A stretch of 64,000 nucleotides of DNA, taken from contig OY759316.1 of NCBI GenBank assembly GCA_963662275.1, positions 2,208,001 to 2,272,000 of the forward strand, given 5' to 3'. The position numbers and the translations under genes are program-made. Each line of letters starts with the position of its first letter. Within the stretch, counting starts at the first letter, position 1. The notes beneath the pieces are model-generated. The model worked only from the letters and a program-made list of their open reading frames with translations. It made no database searches and had not been told where the DNA came from. This DNA is from Candidatus Cloacimonadales bacterium (lineage in GTDB: Bacteria; Cloacimonadota; Cloacimonadia; Cloacimonadales; DAONDQ01). Of the stretch, positions 19,196 to 30,730 are shown piece after piece.

Positions 19196-21763
19196 CTATT
19201 TTACCAGCATCATCTTCCTAGTTTGAACTCTTCCGTCGCTTACTAGCCTGCTGAAGTACAGACCGCTGCCGACCTTATTCTTATGAATATCTGTTCCATC
19301 CCAAGTACAGCTATGCGAACCTCTGGATAGTTCATCATTTATCAGTGTCTTCACCAATTGCCCCTTGATGTTATAAATGCAGAGATTTGCTCTATTGGTT
19401 GTTTTTAATGTAAAACTGATAGTTGTCGTTGGATTGAATGGATTGGGATAGTTCTGAAGACTAATATTCGATGCTGTAATTGGGTCTTGACTGGATACTG
19501 CATTTAAATTCAAATAAGGATAACCGTTACAAATTCCAGTAAGGTCAGCATGCCAGGTTGTATCAAAATCCCAACCAACATACGTATTCTCTGAATAGGG
19601 AAAGGTCATTTCATCTGTTGTTCTGCCTTCGCCACCTGCTGATACATTGATACCCGAGGTTTCAATATTCCAGTAACAGTTAGTAAATGTATTTATATAA
19701 TCATAATCATAGCCAACTAATCCTCCTGTAGCTGAGCTAGAAGGAAAGCCAGGAGTAGTACCAAGTGATCCGATAGAATAACAATCATGAAGACTACAGT
19801 TATCCCTTATTTCACCACCCAACCCCCCAGATTCATTATGACCTGTAATATTCGCTAAAGAATTACAATTAGTGATTGTTGTCTGGTTATTAATCAATCC
19901 AATTAATCCGCCAACACAGGTAAAACCATTTACGCTGCCAGTTGAACTGCAATTATTTACTCTCGAATACCAAATTTCACCTGCCAACCCACCTACCCAA
20001 TTGACACCATTTACATTCACATTCGTTAATATAACATTGTTGAGTTCTGCCATAGCAACCAAGTTGAATAACCCTAAACTACAGTTTATATTAGTGTTAT
20101 TCAAGTCAGGATTAATATATAAATTAGAAATAAAATATCCATTCCCATCATATGAACCGGTGAAATTATCTATAGGCAACCAACCATAGCCGGTATTATA
20201 TGGAATTACGTCCAGATTAATACTAGCTGTTTGCCGATAGTGTTTATCATTTACTTCCCGTATATGATTTAGCTGATCTGCTGTTGCAATCAGATATGGA
20301 CTCTCTAGTGTACCAACACCTCCATCAAAATAATTCAATCCATAGGAAACAGATACAGTCATACTAGGCAGCCAATCATCTTGAAAAGCTCTGGCTTTAA
20401 TAGTAACTGAATTCTCAATCTGAATTGGATCCATATAAATTGGTGAATCCATATCTGGATTTGTACCATCATTTGTATAATGGATTTCTGCATTTGGAGT
20501 TTCACAGTTAATAGTTAGTTGAAAAGATGAATCGTAATATCCAGCGGTATAAGAAAAAGTAGGGTTAGAAACTATATTTGGAGCGATTAAATCGATAAAA
20601 TATGGATAACCTTCATTTATATTACATTCAATATCTGAAGACCATATCGAAGTAAAATCCCAACCAACATAGGTATTTTCAGCATATGGGAAAGACATTT
20701 CGTCTGTAGTTCTCCCCTCTCCCCCAGAAGAAATTTCACTTCCTGAAGTTATCATATTCCAGTAACTTGCATCGACGCTAGTCTGTCCACTATTATAGAT
20801 CAAGCCACCTGCCCAATCATAAAAAGATATCAGTTGTCCAACAGAATAGCAATTGATAATGTTCCCTGAATTTACCTCTCCTATCAAACCACCACCCCAA
20901 TCACTTTCAACACTTCCTTTCGAATAACAATTACTGATCAAAGAAGTACCATAACTTCTACCAATTAGTCCCCCCATCTCTAAAGCTCCTCCTTCAATAT
21001 TGCCCGTTGCATAACACTGACTAATATCGGAATCATTATTAGATCCAACTAATCCACCCCCACCATCCATATAACAATGTACGATTGCAAGTGAATAACA
21101 ATCAGTTATATTTGTATTTTCGTTAGATCCAACCAATCCTCCAATTCCTGATGCTCCACTAACAGTTCCTATTGAATAACAATTATGGAGTTGGCTTCCA
21201 GACGTAGTTCGACCAACCAATCCCCCAGCACGGCAGCCTGCAATATGAATTAGCTGATCACTTGCGTATAGAGTTCCAGTTACGGAACATCCTATGATTG
21301 AAGTAGTTATGCAAATACCAACAAGACCACCTACATCACTTGCTCCAACCATATTAACGTTTTGTAAATGAATATTATTCAAGCTTGCACCATCAGTCAC
21401 TCCAAAAAGACCAGTCGGATAATCATCATAGTTTTCCAAATTGATAAATAAATTGGAAATACTATATTCACTACCATCATATGCTCCTGTAAAATAATGA
21501 ACAAATCCATTGTCATATGCTATCGGGTTGAATCCGGTACCCTGGTTGTAGGGTGCTAAATCCATATCTATATTTGCAATTTGTCTATAACATGAATTTG
21601 GATGCATTCTTATATTATCCAGATGAGTTGGAGTTGCTATCAGATAGGGATCATTTGCAGTTCCATTCCCTCCACCAAATTGGGCAAAGAGACTGGACAT
21701 GCTTAACAGAATTATACAAGTTAGTAATATGTCTCGGAAATCAGTCAACAGTGTCAGTTTCAT
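19196..21763 (-). CDS. Secreted GLUG-repeat protein with Fn3-associated domain and FlgD-Ig/T9SS-like C-terminal domain
   Basis: Signal peptide, two 'GGxGT..PYLIAT' modules with GGLVG repeats, 'IHYTNDGTNP', 'NYPNPFNPTTTISF'. Confidence 0.8.
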   Translation of the reverse strand: MKLTLLTDFRDILLTCIILLSMSSLFAQFGGGNGTANDPYLIATPTHLDNIRMHPNSCYRQIANIDMDLAPYNQGTGFNPIAYDNGFVHYFTGAYDGSEYSISNLFINLENYDDYPTGLFGVTDGASLNNIHLQNVNMVGASDVGGLVGICITTSIIGCSVTGTLYASDQLIHIAGCRAGGLVGRTTSGSQLHNCYSIGTVSGASGIGGLVGSNENTNITDCYSLAIVHCYMDGGGGLVGSNNDSDISQCYATGNIEGGALEMGGLIGRSYGTSLISNCYSKGSVESDWGGGLIGEVNSGNIINCYSVGQLISFYDWAGGLIYNSGQTSVDASYWNMITSGSEISSGGEGRTTDEMSFPYAENTYVGWDFTSIWSSDIECNINEGYPYFIDLIAPNIVSNPTFSYTAGYYDSSFQLTINCETPNAEIHYTNDGTNPDMDSPIYMDPIQIENSVTIKARAFQDDWLPSMTVSVSYGLNYFDGGVGTLESPYLIATADQLNHIREVNDKHYRQTASINLDVIPYNTGYGWLPIDNFTGSYDGNGYFISNLYINPDLNNTNINCSLGLFNLVAMAELNNVILTNVNVNGVNWVGGLAGEIWYSRVNNCSSTGSVNGFTCVGGLIGLINNQTTITNCNSLANITGHNESGGLGGEIRDNCSLHDCYSIGSLGTTPGFPSSSATGGLVGYDYDYINTFTNCYWNIETSGINVSAGGEGRTTDEMTFPYSENTYVGWDFDTTWHADLTGICNGYPYLNLNAVSSQDPITASNISLQNYPNPFNPTTTISFTLKTTNRANLCIYNIKGQLVKTLINDELSRGSHSCTWDGTDIHKNKVGSGLYFSRLVSDGRVQTRKMMLVK

Positions 21764-22197
21764 CAGTTCCTCCAAGAATCATCGTGCTATTCTAATACTA
21801 ATTACTATCATTTGATATTAATTTTTACGTATTCGATGTTTTCTTGTCAATAGTTTTTTTGCATGTGAGCTGAAAGTTAAAGAAGCCTTAAGAATTTCGA
21901 TAACAACCAGAAAGCGAGAAATATACGGTAGCTCACCCTTAAGTTTGGTGGTAATTACTTCAGGAGTTGTTTGCTGTGAAGATTCCTGAAGTAATCTCTA
22001 CGTTTCCTAAAGAAAACATTACTGTATTCTTAAATACTAGTCACGTAACCCAGGAAGGACTTACTGGGCTAGCAGAGTGACGTCCTGCGGACTGCATAGC
22101 AGGATAAATTGTATTCATATGTTTCGAGGTCGGTACGACCTCTCACAAAACAGACAAGACTATCTGAGACACGAGTCTAAAACCTCCTTCACTAACC

Positions 22198-24492
22198 TCA
22201 CTGGCTATCTGCAGCGATAATCCTATAAAAGAACCTGGATTCTGCTCTTCTTGTTAAAACAGCTTCCGGGGTCGTTGTCGCCATGATATAGTTTGAAGGT
22301 GAAGGTATGAAGTTCGGATTTATACTACCATAGACCCGATATGTGATTAAATTGACTTCAGGATATGAATTCCCTGCCCAGGTACCAGTAGCGATAGGAT
22401 TCCATTTCAATTTAAGCTGTGAAGGACTATAAGATTCAAGCGCAATACCCCTGGCTGCATCTGGAGGAATATTATCCACACTGTAGCCATATCTCGTTAT
22501 TGACTGGAATATACCTGTTGTATAATGAAAAATCACCATGACAGTAATTCCATGCGTACCCGTTGTGGAAGAATCCTGTGCAGTAGGAATGATTAAACCA
22601 TAATCAGTAAATGTCACGGCAGGAACTTGTCCTAAATAATACCATACACTTCGTCCATTTGTATAGTAGTAATCTGATATATTTTTTGATGGTTTGAATG
22701 TACTCATATTTGCAACTCGAGTTCCAGTGCTTGCTTTACTGGCTCCTTCTCTCCAGACAGAATAGAATATATTGGGAATGAAGGAAACATCGATATCAGA
22801 TCTTTTCCACCGTAAATCTAATTGATGCCCCTGGTCTGGAGTGACATCTGCTAAAAAAGAGATCATAGGACTGCACTGTCTAGCATAAATACCCATATCA
22901 CTTATGCTTCCATCCAAATCAAGAGTAACCGGACTGCCAGTATTTATGCAGGGAGAAGCGTTTTGCAATCTCCAATCTGCAATTAGTGCATTATAAGAAG
23001 TATTTAGTCCTGCTGTTGGAGAAACAAAAAGTGGATTTGCTGATAAATTTGAAAGGAAGTAAGATGAACTTATACCAGCTCCACCCACTCCGCTTGTACC
23101 GCCTTGTAAACAGGAATAACTGATAAAGATAGATGTGTTAGCGTGGTTATTAATGATTTGAGTCGCGCCATTAGCATAGATGATGGAACTATTGATATTG
23201 CAAGCAGAGACAATATCCATTACGACCGCAGTAGCCACATTGTTGACTATATCACAGTGATTGATGTACAGATTACTCCCGATGAGGTTAACTCCATTGT
23301 TGCTGTTGTTGGCGATTAAGCACCTATTCAATGTTGCACTCGGTACATTGGTCAGGCACAGAGCAGCTTCAAGCGTAGTGTTATTTGTTAAATTACAATC
23401 ATTCATTGTTATATTGCCAAGAGTAACATCAATTGTACTTGAAGTTGAGCTTTGATTGTATTTGAAATTGCATCTGTTAAATATGAAATTACTTGCATAA
23501 CTGTATATCGCTCCTCCATGAAAATCAGAAGTATTAATATCGAAAGTACAATTATTTACAACAATATCGCTATTTACGAGATGCATACAGCCTCCGTCAA
23601 CCCCAGAATCAATATTTGTATTAAAGGTGCTGTTACTGACCCTCAGTTTTGAGAAATGATCTGCATATATGCCACTTGATTTGCTCTTACCTATATTTGC
23701 ATAGTTTACGATAGATGAATCAGTTGCATCTGAATAGATAAAGTTTATGCCACCCCAGTAACTTGACATATTCACACTTAGGAAATTCACATGCTGGGTT
23801 TCTGTTCCATTGACAATCAATCTTCCAAGAACCAGGAGATTAGTTGTATCACCAAAGTAAAAACAACTCCCCGGGTCGATAGTCATCGTGTAACCATGTG
23901 GTACAACAATAGTCCCAACAGGATAATAGATATCTGGAGGCCATATTCCATAGCCAAGTGTATTTGCATAGGTTAAGAGGACATCATCTAAATACCAATA
24001 GTTCAAATCATTGTTATTACCGGTAAAAAAGAAAGCGATGTATGTATGTTCTGATATACCATTGGTATAAGGTATGCTAACGGTTTCTATGGAGGCAGGA
24101 ATACTGGAACTACCTGTAACCGACCACAGTGTTGTCCAGGATGTGAGGTTTGTAGAAATCTGAACACCGATAGTGTAGGTATTTGTTGTTGAATAGTCAT
24201 CTAGTAAATGCTTGAATGTTAGCGTCATGTCATGTACTTTTCTTGAATCGAAAACAGGAGATATCAATCGCGTTGTCCCTGTTGATGAAGGTGAAAAACC
24301 TAAATATGCTTCACCAAGAGTCCCCCCTGTATGCGTTGTACCTGCAATATGCCAGGCTGAGGTTTGAGTACCAGTGATAGTCCAACCTGCCGGGATGGCT
24401 GGATAAGATGAAAAGTTCTCTTGTATCAAATCAGCACTATAAAGAGATAAAGAAAAAGCAATAAATACAAATAGAATCAAATAGATCTTCAC
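22198..24492 (-). CDS. Secreted right-handed beta-helix protein with Fn3-like C-terminal domain
   Basis: GTG start after GGAGG, signal peptide, parallel beta-helix repeats, 'SPCINTG..DLDGSISDMG'. Confidence 0.7.
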   Translation of the reverse strand: MKIYLILFVFIAFSLSLYSADLIQENFSSYPAIPAGWTITGTQTSAWHIAGTTHTGGTLGEAYLGFSPSSTGTTRLISPVFDSRKVHDMTLTFKHLLDDYSTTNTYTIGVQISTNLTSWTTLWSVTGSSSIPASIETVSIPYTNGISEHTYIAFFFTGNNNDLNYWYLDDVLLTYANTLGYGIWPPDIYYPVGTIVVPHGYTMTIDPGSCFYFGDTTNLLVLGRLIVNGTETQHVNFLSVNMSSYWGGINFIYSDATDSSIVNYANIGKSKSSGIYADHFSKLRVSNSTFNTNIDSGVDGGCMHLVNSDIVVNNCTFDINTSDFHGGAIYSYASNFIFNRCNFKYNQSSTSSTIDVTLGNITMNDCNLTNNTTLEAALCLTNVPSATLNRCLIANNSNNGVNLIGSNLYINHCDIVNNVATAVVMDIVSACNINSSIIYANGATQIINNHANTSIFISYSCLQGGTSGVGGAGISSSYFLSNLSANPLFVSPTAGLNTSYNALIADWRLQNASPCINTGSPVTLDLDGSISDMGIYARQCSPMISFLADVTPDQGHQLDLRWKRSDIDVSFIPNIFYSVWREGASKASTGTRVANMSTFKPSKNISDYYYTNGRSVWYYLGQVPAVTFTDYGLIIPTAQDSSTTGTHGITVMVIFHYTTGIFQSITRYGYSVDNIPPDAARGIALESYSPSQLKLKWNPIATGTWAGNSYPEVNLITYRVYGSINPNFIPSPSNYIMATTTPEAVLTRRAESRFFYRIIAADSQ

Positions 24493-24790
24493 TATGCCTC
24501 CAAAGATGTATTTTTTTACATGAATATTTGAGATAAGTAACTTCACTTTATAAGTATCTAATTTTTATATTGTTCATGTCAACAGATATTTCTAACCAAC
24601 TTATGTAAATTATCGAATTCTTATTCCACAACATAATTCAATAAGATCGGAATCTTATTCCACATTGCATTCCGTCCATCATAGCAATTTACGATTATTC
24701 ATATATGAAATAGCTTTTGACGGGAAATCAGGATTGGAATTATTGGGATTCAATTGATTTTGATAGTTACAGTCAGTAAAAATATAGGTT

Positions 24791-25432
24791 TTGGAGAAAA
24801 AAATGAAATTAAAAAGTACTATATTAACATTAATTATTACCTTGTCTATCTCATTGGCATTTAGTCAGGATATGACTAAAACAAATTCTACATCAGTTCA
24901 AAAAGAGGAGCAAGGTCTCAATCATCGTAATTCAATAGGAAGCACGCTATTCCTCATGGGTAATTTAGATTCGGGAAAGCCTGTGAATTTTCTTCAATTG
25001 AACTATGGATACAAGCTCACTGCCAAAGATAACATAGTAGTCGAAGCTATCACTTGGACATATTACGAACCCCTAGGGACATATAACGATTCCGATGAAT
25101 TTTATCCGGGTAAGATCAGAGCTTATGGTGTGGGTGTGGGTTATCAGAGATTCCATTGGAAGAACGCCTATACGACAGTTGAAGCGACCCCTTTCCTTCA
25201 GCAATTCTATAGTGAAGGAGACAAAAAAATACAGAAAGGTTTTCAATTATATCTTCAAGGTATCGCAGGTTACCGTTTTGAATTCTGTATAAAACGCCTG
25301 TTCGTAGAACCTGCTATTGCCATAAAATATTGGCCTGTGAACACCAATTTCCCTGACTCATTTGCAGCGATAGAAAGTGGAAAACCAAAATACAAATTTG
25401 AACCTGGGGCGAATTTTGGGTTTAAGTTCTAG
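24791..25432 (+). CDS. Hypothetical exported protein, possible outer-membrane beta-barrel
   Basis: Signal peptide, alternating aromatic strands, C-terminal FGFKF. Confidence 0.6.
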   Translation: MEKKMKLKSTILTLIITLSISLAFSQDMTKTNSTSVQKEEQGLNHRNSIGSTLFLMGNLDSGKPVNFLQLNYGYKLTAKDNIVVEAITWTYYEPLGTYNDSDEFYPGKIRAYGVGVGYQRFHWKNAYTTVEATPFLQQFYSEGDKKIQKGFQLYLQGIAGYRFEFCIKRLFVEPAIAIKYWPVNTNFPDSFAAIESGKPKYKFEPGANFGFKF

Positions 25433-25492
25433 CTTGCTTCTTCCATCTTTTTCTTGACTTTGTTTTCAGTCCAATAATAGCTATCCAAATGA

Positions 25493-28400
25493 ATGGAGGC
25501 TAAGATGACAAAACATTGGATTTCCCTAATTATTATTCTTTTAACTGCATCGTTTCTGCTTTCTGCTCCAATATCGCCTGAAAAGTCTACTCTTGCGGCT
25601 AATCAGTGGATGAATTACAAAACGAAAGGCAACCATAACGGATATTATATCCATGATGTTTTGGAACAATCACTCGATGGACAGCTTTGCTTTTACGTTT
25701 TCAAAGTGAAATCCAGCATAGATAATAAAGACGGATTTATTCTTGTTTCCGCTGTAGATTCTTATAATCCTGTTATCGGTTATTCCTTCGATTCTCCATG
25801 GGATAATAATTATACTGATGAAGCAAGGAAACAATTCTTTGATAGTATGAAACACAGTGTGATTGAATCAGTAAATCGAAATACTCCAGACCCAGTCATT
25901 AATAATCAATGGCGTGATCTATTAGCTGGCCAGTTGAGTTCCTTCCGTGATGATCGGGATGTTGCTCCACTAGTAACGACCAGGTGGAATCAAAGCCCTC
26001 TTTACAATAACTTATGCCCAACCATCAATAACGCTCATTGTCCTGTCGGCTGTACCGCTGTTGCTATGGCACAAGTCATTCGATACCATGCCTATCCCCC
26101 ACAAGGGGCCGGAACTCATAGCTACACTTGGCATGATCAATTACTGACTGCGGATTATGGTTCAACTATTTATAATTGGTCGAATATGCCAACTAACCTG
26201 AATGGAGCCACCGCTGCCCAGATAAGTGCAACCAGTCAATTCCTGTATCAAGTGGGAGTATCCATCAATATGGATTATGGCACTGATGGTTCAGCATCAT
26301 GGTATTCAACAAATGCATTCACCAATTATTTTCTTTATCCCAATTCCATACAACTTGCTACCCGCGCAGGCATGGGTCTCCAAGCCTGGAAGAACCTTCT
26401 GCGTTTCGAGTTGGATAGAGGCAGACCTCTTCCCTATGGTAATGCCTATCATGCATTTGTCTGTGACGGATACCAGGGAACAGAGTTCTTTCATTTCAAT
26501 TTAGGTTGGGGTGGAGCAAATGATGGTTATTACCAGGTAACAGCCCTGACTGCCGGTGGTAATCAATTCTCATTTGGACAGGATGCCATCGTTGGTATTG
26601 AAAATCCTTCTTATTCATATCCAACTAACTTGCAGCAATCTATTTCCGGTGACAATATTCTTTTACAATGGACAGGTACACCAGATTTGCAATGCCTGGG
26701 ATATAAGGTCTATGTAGATGGCTTGTTTGTTGGACAGACTACAGGTGATACACAGTATTCATTACCTAATACAATACCTTCTGCCAGGAAAGCAATATTT
26801 GTCACTGCTTATTACCTAAATGGTGAATCTGTTGCTTCAAATATCGTCTTTGCAGATGCCATTGTATCTACCCGATTCCAAAGAATGAACAATCTTACGA
26901 TCAGTAATGATGGCGGTTGTTCAGAAGGCTCAGCCTGGATAGATATTGATAATGATAGTGATCTCGATCTGGTTGTCGCTAATTATTCTGAGCCAAACTT
27001 TCTCTACCGTAATGAAGGGAATGATGTTTTCACGAGGATTATGGACGGTTCTCTCGCCAATGATAACAGAACGACTGAAGGTCTGACCTGTGGTGATTTT
27101 GATAATGATGGCTTTGTTGATGTCCTAATGGCTACTTTAAGGGATAAGAACCTGTTATTCCATAATGGAGGTACCGGTAATTATTCTCTTGTACATAATA
27201 CACCAGTGGGTGCAGATGATACAAATTGCCGTGGTGCCTGTTTTGGAGATTATGATAATGATGGCTGGCTTGATCTCTTCTATGGTCCTAATTATCTCTT
27301 CCATAATGATAATGGCGTTTATACACGTGTCACTACAGGTCCTATCTATTTCAATACAGGCGATGCCAGTACAGCAACCTGGGGTGATGCAAATAATGAT
27401 GGATTACTAGACTTGCATGTTTTTGACAGTTCTTCAGGTATTCATCAACTATTTAGAAATACGGGCGGTGGACAATTCGTCGTCCATGCCGATGCAGCTT
27501 TCAATACTAACTATATCTATTCACGTGGTGCAAGCTGGGGAGATTATGATAATGACGGGTTTGATGATGCCGTCATAACACGATACGATGGACAGACAAA
27601 CGTTTTACTTCATAATAATGGCAATGGCTCATTCACTCGAATCACGACAGGTGCTATCGCCACTTCTACAGGAAATGGAAGAGGCAGTTCCTGGGCTGAT
27701 CTCGATAATGACGGTGATCTTGATTTAATCATCGTCAGTTTCGGTGAACCAAATCTCCTGTTTTATAATAATGGAAATGGTTCATTCACACGTGATACAA
27801 ATGACCTGGTCGTGCAGGATGGAGATATGTCCAGTACGGTTGCTGTAGCAGATTATAATCGTGATGGAAAGCTGGATGCCTTTATCACGAATGAATGCAC
27901 CAGTAATAACATGTTATACAAGAATACCGGTACTACAGGTAATTACCTGACAATCAAATGTACTGGTGTAATCTCTAATTCTCAAGCCATAGGAACAATC
28001 ATTCGGGTCAAAGCCAACATCAATGGTACACCTGTATGGCAGAAACGAACCGTATCCAGTCAAACAGGGCACGAGACAATGAATACCTTTGAACAACACT
28101 TTGGTTTAGCACAGGCTACTATTGCTGATTCGATCATTGTCACCTGGCCTAATGGCATCGACCAGATTATGGTAAACGTACCGGTAAATCAGTATCTAAC
28201 CATCACTGAATCCGGCAATCTATTGAATGCATCAATATCTGCAGATAATGTTAATATTAATGTCGGGACTGAGGTACAGTTTCATAGTATCGTCCAGTCT
28301 TATCCAAGCCCAGTTAATTCCTACCAGTGGTGTTTTGATTATCATGGCACGCCAACCCTTGATTCAACCGATCCTAATCCTACATGGACATATTCAACAC

Positions 28401-30148
28401 CCGGATATCACACTGTTCGACTAATCGTAGCAAATACTTCAATGACAACCACAGTACTCCAGGAAGAAATGATTTATACCAATTATTTCCAGGCTAGTAC
28501 CTCAACATCTATTTCTCAGGGTGCGAATTTCATGGGAGTTGCCTGTCCTGATTTGAATAATGACGGTTATCCTGACTTGTATTTCTCATGTGCAGCCAAT
28601 CAATTTAACCATACACTTTTGAACAATCGTGTCGGTGATTTCACCCAAGCATCTAATCTTGGAATCACATCGTACAATAACAATACAATCTCCTCTACCT
28701 GGGGTGATGCAAATAATGATGGTATAATCGATGGCTATGCTGCTGATCGAGGGACACAGGCAGATCAGTACTTCTTGGGAGTACCCGGATTCACATGGAT
28801 CACTGATCCAATCTCCGAGAATATCTTTCCATACCTGGAGAATTCAATGTCACCTTCCTTTGTGGACTTCAATAACGACGGTCTTCTAGACCTGTTTGTC
28901 GCTCTCGGGAATAGTTCAAGGCATAGATTATGGAAGAATGTGTCAACGCTTGAGGTTGCTTACGAAGAGATGACAGGCACTCCATTCGAATCCACTGGCA
29001 GTAATGCGAATTCAGCAATATGGGCAGATTTTAACAACGATGGCTACCAGGATTGTTTTATCGCAAATACTGGTTTGGATTTTCTTTATAAAAATCATGG
29101 AAACAGCTCATTTGAGCAAATCATCTCAGGTGAACTTGTTACACTCAATAGTAGTACTTATAGTGCATCAGCAGGTGATTTTGATCGTGATGGTGACCTG
29201 GATTTGTTTGTCACTAATTCGAACTGTCCAAATAGACTCTATCGTAATGATGGCAATTTCGTGTTTACTCCTTTAACCAATATAAGTTTCGGAGATCAGA
29301 CCTTACTTCCAAGAGGTTCAAGCTGGTTGGATTTCGATAATGATGGCTGGTTGGATTTGATTATTGCTAATAATAGTGGACCTATCCAAATTTATCGCAA
29401 TGAAGGAAATGGTCAATTCCGGTTCTATAATCGGGAAACCCTATCTCAAACCAATCATAATGCCAATGGAATAGCTGCTATTGATTTTGATAGAGATGGC
29501 AGCCTGGATTTTATCGGTATGCATAACAGCCCAATACTGTATCGCAATTCCAGTATATCAAACCATTGGTTCGAATTACATTTGGAAGGAATTACTTCTA
29601 ACCATTCTGCTATTGGCGCGAGAGTTGTCATTTCTTACCTGGAAAATGGTCAACGTATTCATCAGAGACAGGATGTTTTGGGTCAAACAGGTTATGCTTC
29701 ACAAAATCCACTTACATTGCATTTCGGGTTGGGTAGTGTTGGGATTATTGATACTCTTTTCATTTACTGGCCTTCAGGAACTATAACTCAAAAACTGAAT
29801 GTGGCTGCCAATCATTTCTTAGGACTCAGGGAGGATGGCACTGTTGCGAACTCCGACCAGGTAGTTGTTCCCACAAAGATGACATTAACGAACTTCCCGA
29901 ATCCTTTCAATCCTTCAACTACCATCGCATTTGAAATACCTGAAGCAAGTACATGTAATATAGAGATATTCAATGTACGCGGTCAGAAGATAGTATCTCA
30001 TGAATTAAATCTTTTACAGGCAGGTCATCATGAATGGCTGTGGAATGGCACTGACTCGCAAGGAAGATCAGTTACATCAGGTGTCTATTTCTGCAGACTG
30101 GTTGCTGGGAATAAGATGATAAATCGGAAGATAGTGATGGTGAAATAG
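25493..30148 (+). CDS. Peptidase C10 fused to FG-GAP/VCBS repeats, two ASPIC/UnbV domains, PKD and FlgD-Ig/T9SS-like tail
   Basis: WNQ, GCTAVAMAQ, HAFVCDGY, HFNLGWGG; many DxDNDGxxD repeats; two 'SN..AIG..HFGL' segments; NFPNPFNP. Confidence 0.85.
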   Translation: MEAKMTKHWISLIIILLTASFLLSAPISPEKSTLAANQWMNYKTKGNHNGYYIHDVLEQSLDGQLCFYVFKVKSSIDNKDGFILVSAVDSYNPVIGYSFDSPWDNNYTDEARKQFFDSMKHSVIESVNRNTPDPVINNQWRDLLAGQLSSFRDDRDVAPLVTTRWNQSPLYNNLCPTINNAHCPVGCTAVAMAQVIRYHAYPPQGAGTHSYTWHDQLLTADYGSTIYNWSNMPTNLNGATAAQISATSQFLYQVGVSINMDYGTDGSASWYSTNAFTNYFLYPNSIQLATRAGMGLQAWKNLLRFELDRGRPLPYGNAYHAFVCDGYQGTEFFHFNLGWGGANDGYYQVTALTAGGNQFSFGQDAIVGIENPSYSYPTNLQQSISGDNILLQWTGTPDLQCLGYKVYVDGLFVGQTTGDTQYSLPNTIPSARKAIFVTAYYLNGESVASNIVFADAIVSTRFQRMNNLTISNDGGCSEGSAWIDIDNDSDLDLVVANYSEPNFLYRNEGNDVFTRIMDGSLANDNRTTEGLTCGDFDNDGFVDVLMATLRDKNLLFHNGGTGNYSLVHNTPVGADDTNCRGACFGDYDNDGWLDLFYGPNYLFHNDNGVYTRVTTGPIYFNTGDASTATWGDANNDGLLDLHVFDSSSGIHQLFRNTGGGQFVVHADAAFNTNYIYSRGASWGDYDNDGFDDAVITRYDGQTNVLLHNNGNGSFTRITTGAIATSTGNGRGSSWADLDNDGDLDLIIVSFGEPNLLFYNNGNGSFTRDTNDLVVQDGDMSSTVAVADYNRDGKLDAFITNECTSNNMLYKNTGTTGNYLTIKCTGVISNSQAIGTIIRVKANINGTPVWQKRTVSSQTGHETMNTFEQHFGLAQATIADSIIVTWPNGIDQIMVNVPVNQYLTITESGNLLNASISADNVNINVGTEVQFHSIVQSYPSPVNSYQWCFDYHGTPTLDSTDPNPTWTYSTPGYHTVRLIVANTSMTTTVLQEEMIYTNYFQASTSTSISQGANFMGVACPDLNNDGYPDLYFSCAANQFNHTLLNNRVGDFTQASNLGITSYNNNTISSTWGDANNDGIIDGYAADRGTQADQYFLGVPGFTWITDPISENIFPYLENSMSPSFVDFNNDGLLDLFVALGNSSRHRLWKNVSTLEVAYEEMTGTPFESTGSNANSAIWADFNNDGYQDCFIANTGLDFLYKNHGNSSFEQIISGELVTLNSSTYSASAGDFDRDGDLDLFVTNSNCPNRLYRNDGNFVFTPLTNISFGDQTLLPRGSSWLDFDNDGWLDLIIANNSGPIQIYRNEGNGQFRFYNRETLSQTNHNANGIAAIDFDRDGSLDFIGMHNSPILYRNSSISNHWFELHLEGITSNHSAIGARVVISYLENGQRIHQRQDVLGQTGYASQNPLTLHFGLGSVGIIDTLFIYWPSGTITQKLNVAANHFLGLREDGTVANSDQVVVPTKMTLTNFPNPFNPSTTIAFEIPEASTCNIEIFNVRGQKIVSHELNLLQAGHHEWLWNGTDSQGRSVTSGVYFCRLVAGNKMINRKIVMVK

Positions 30149-30184
30149 AGGTTGTAGGTTGTAGGTTGTAGGTTGTAGGTTGTA
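30149..30184. repeat. Heptamer tandem repeat (GGTTGTA)x5
   Basis: Directly visible after the stop codon. Confidence 0.9.
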
Positions 30185-30326
30185 GCCCCCCTTGAGAAGG
30201 GGGGTGGTTACTGAGCGAAGTCGAAGTATAGGGGGGCAAAAGTGCATTGTTCACAAGTAACTGCAATTATAGTGCTGCTTTCTGCTCATGCTGAGTAAAA
30301 GAAAGGCACATGAACCCCTCCTCTAT

Positions 30327-30392
30327 CACCACCTAACTACCATCTAACAACCACCTAACCACCACCTAACCACCATCTAACCACCATCTAAA
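30327..30392. repeat. 11-nt tandem repeat (CACCAYCTAAC-like)x6
   Basis: Directly visible; loosely inverted copies at ~30397-30428. Confidence 0.85.
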
Positions 30393-30550
30393 GTATTTTA
30401 GTTCCTGGTTAGTTCTTGGTTAGGTAGAATATAGTATAACTTTTCTTGGTCGTTTAGGAGCCATATATGTGCAGTATCAGTGTTTTCCTGTAACTTTTAA
30501 CCGTAAATTTTAATACTTCCATCTTCCATCTTCCATCTTACATTCTTCAT

Positions 30551-30730
30551 TCCCATCGGGAAGAAAGATACTAACACTGGATTTCAATCTGGTGATTTAT
30601 CCTGAAATGCTGTACCATTCCCGTAGGGAAGAAACATATTAACACTGGATTTTAATCTGGTGATTTATCCTGAAATGCTGTACCATTCCCATAGGGAAGA
30701 AACATATTAACACTGGATTTTAATCCGGTG
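30551..30730. repeat. Three tandem ~69-nt REP-like units
   Basis: ccc(a/g)t(c/a)gggaagaaa..t..taacactggattt.aatc.ggtg repeated three times; same family as the intron target. Confidence 0.85.

Noticed and set aside
30551..30730. CRISPR array
   Set aside because: The intervening sequences are themselves repeated rather than unique spacers; no cas genes
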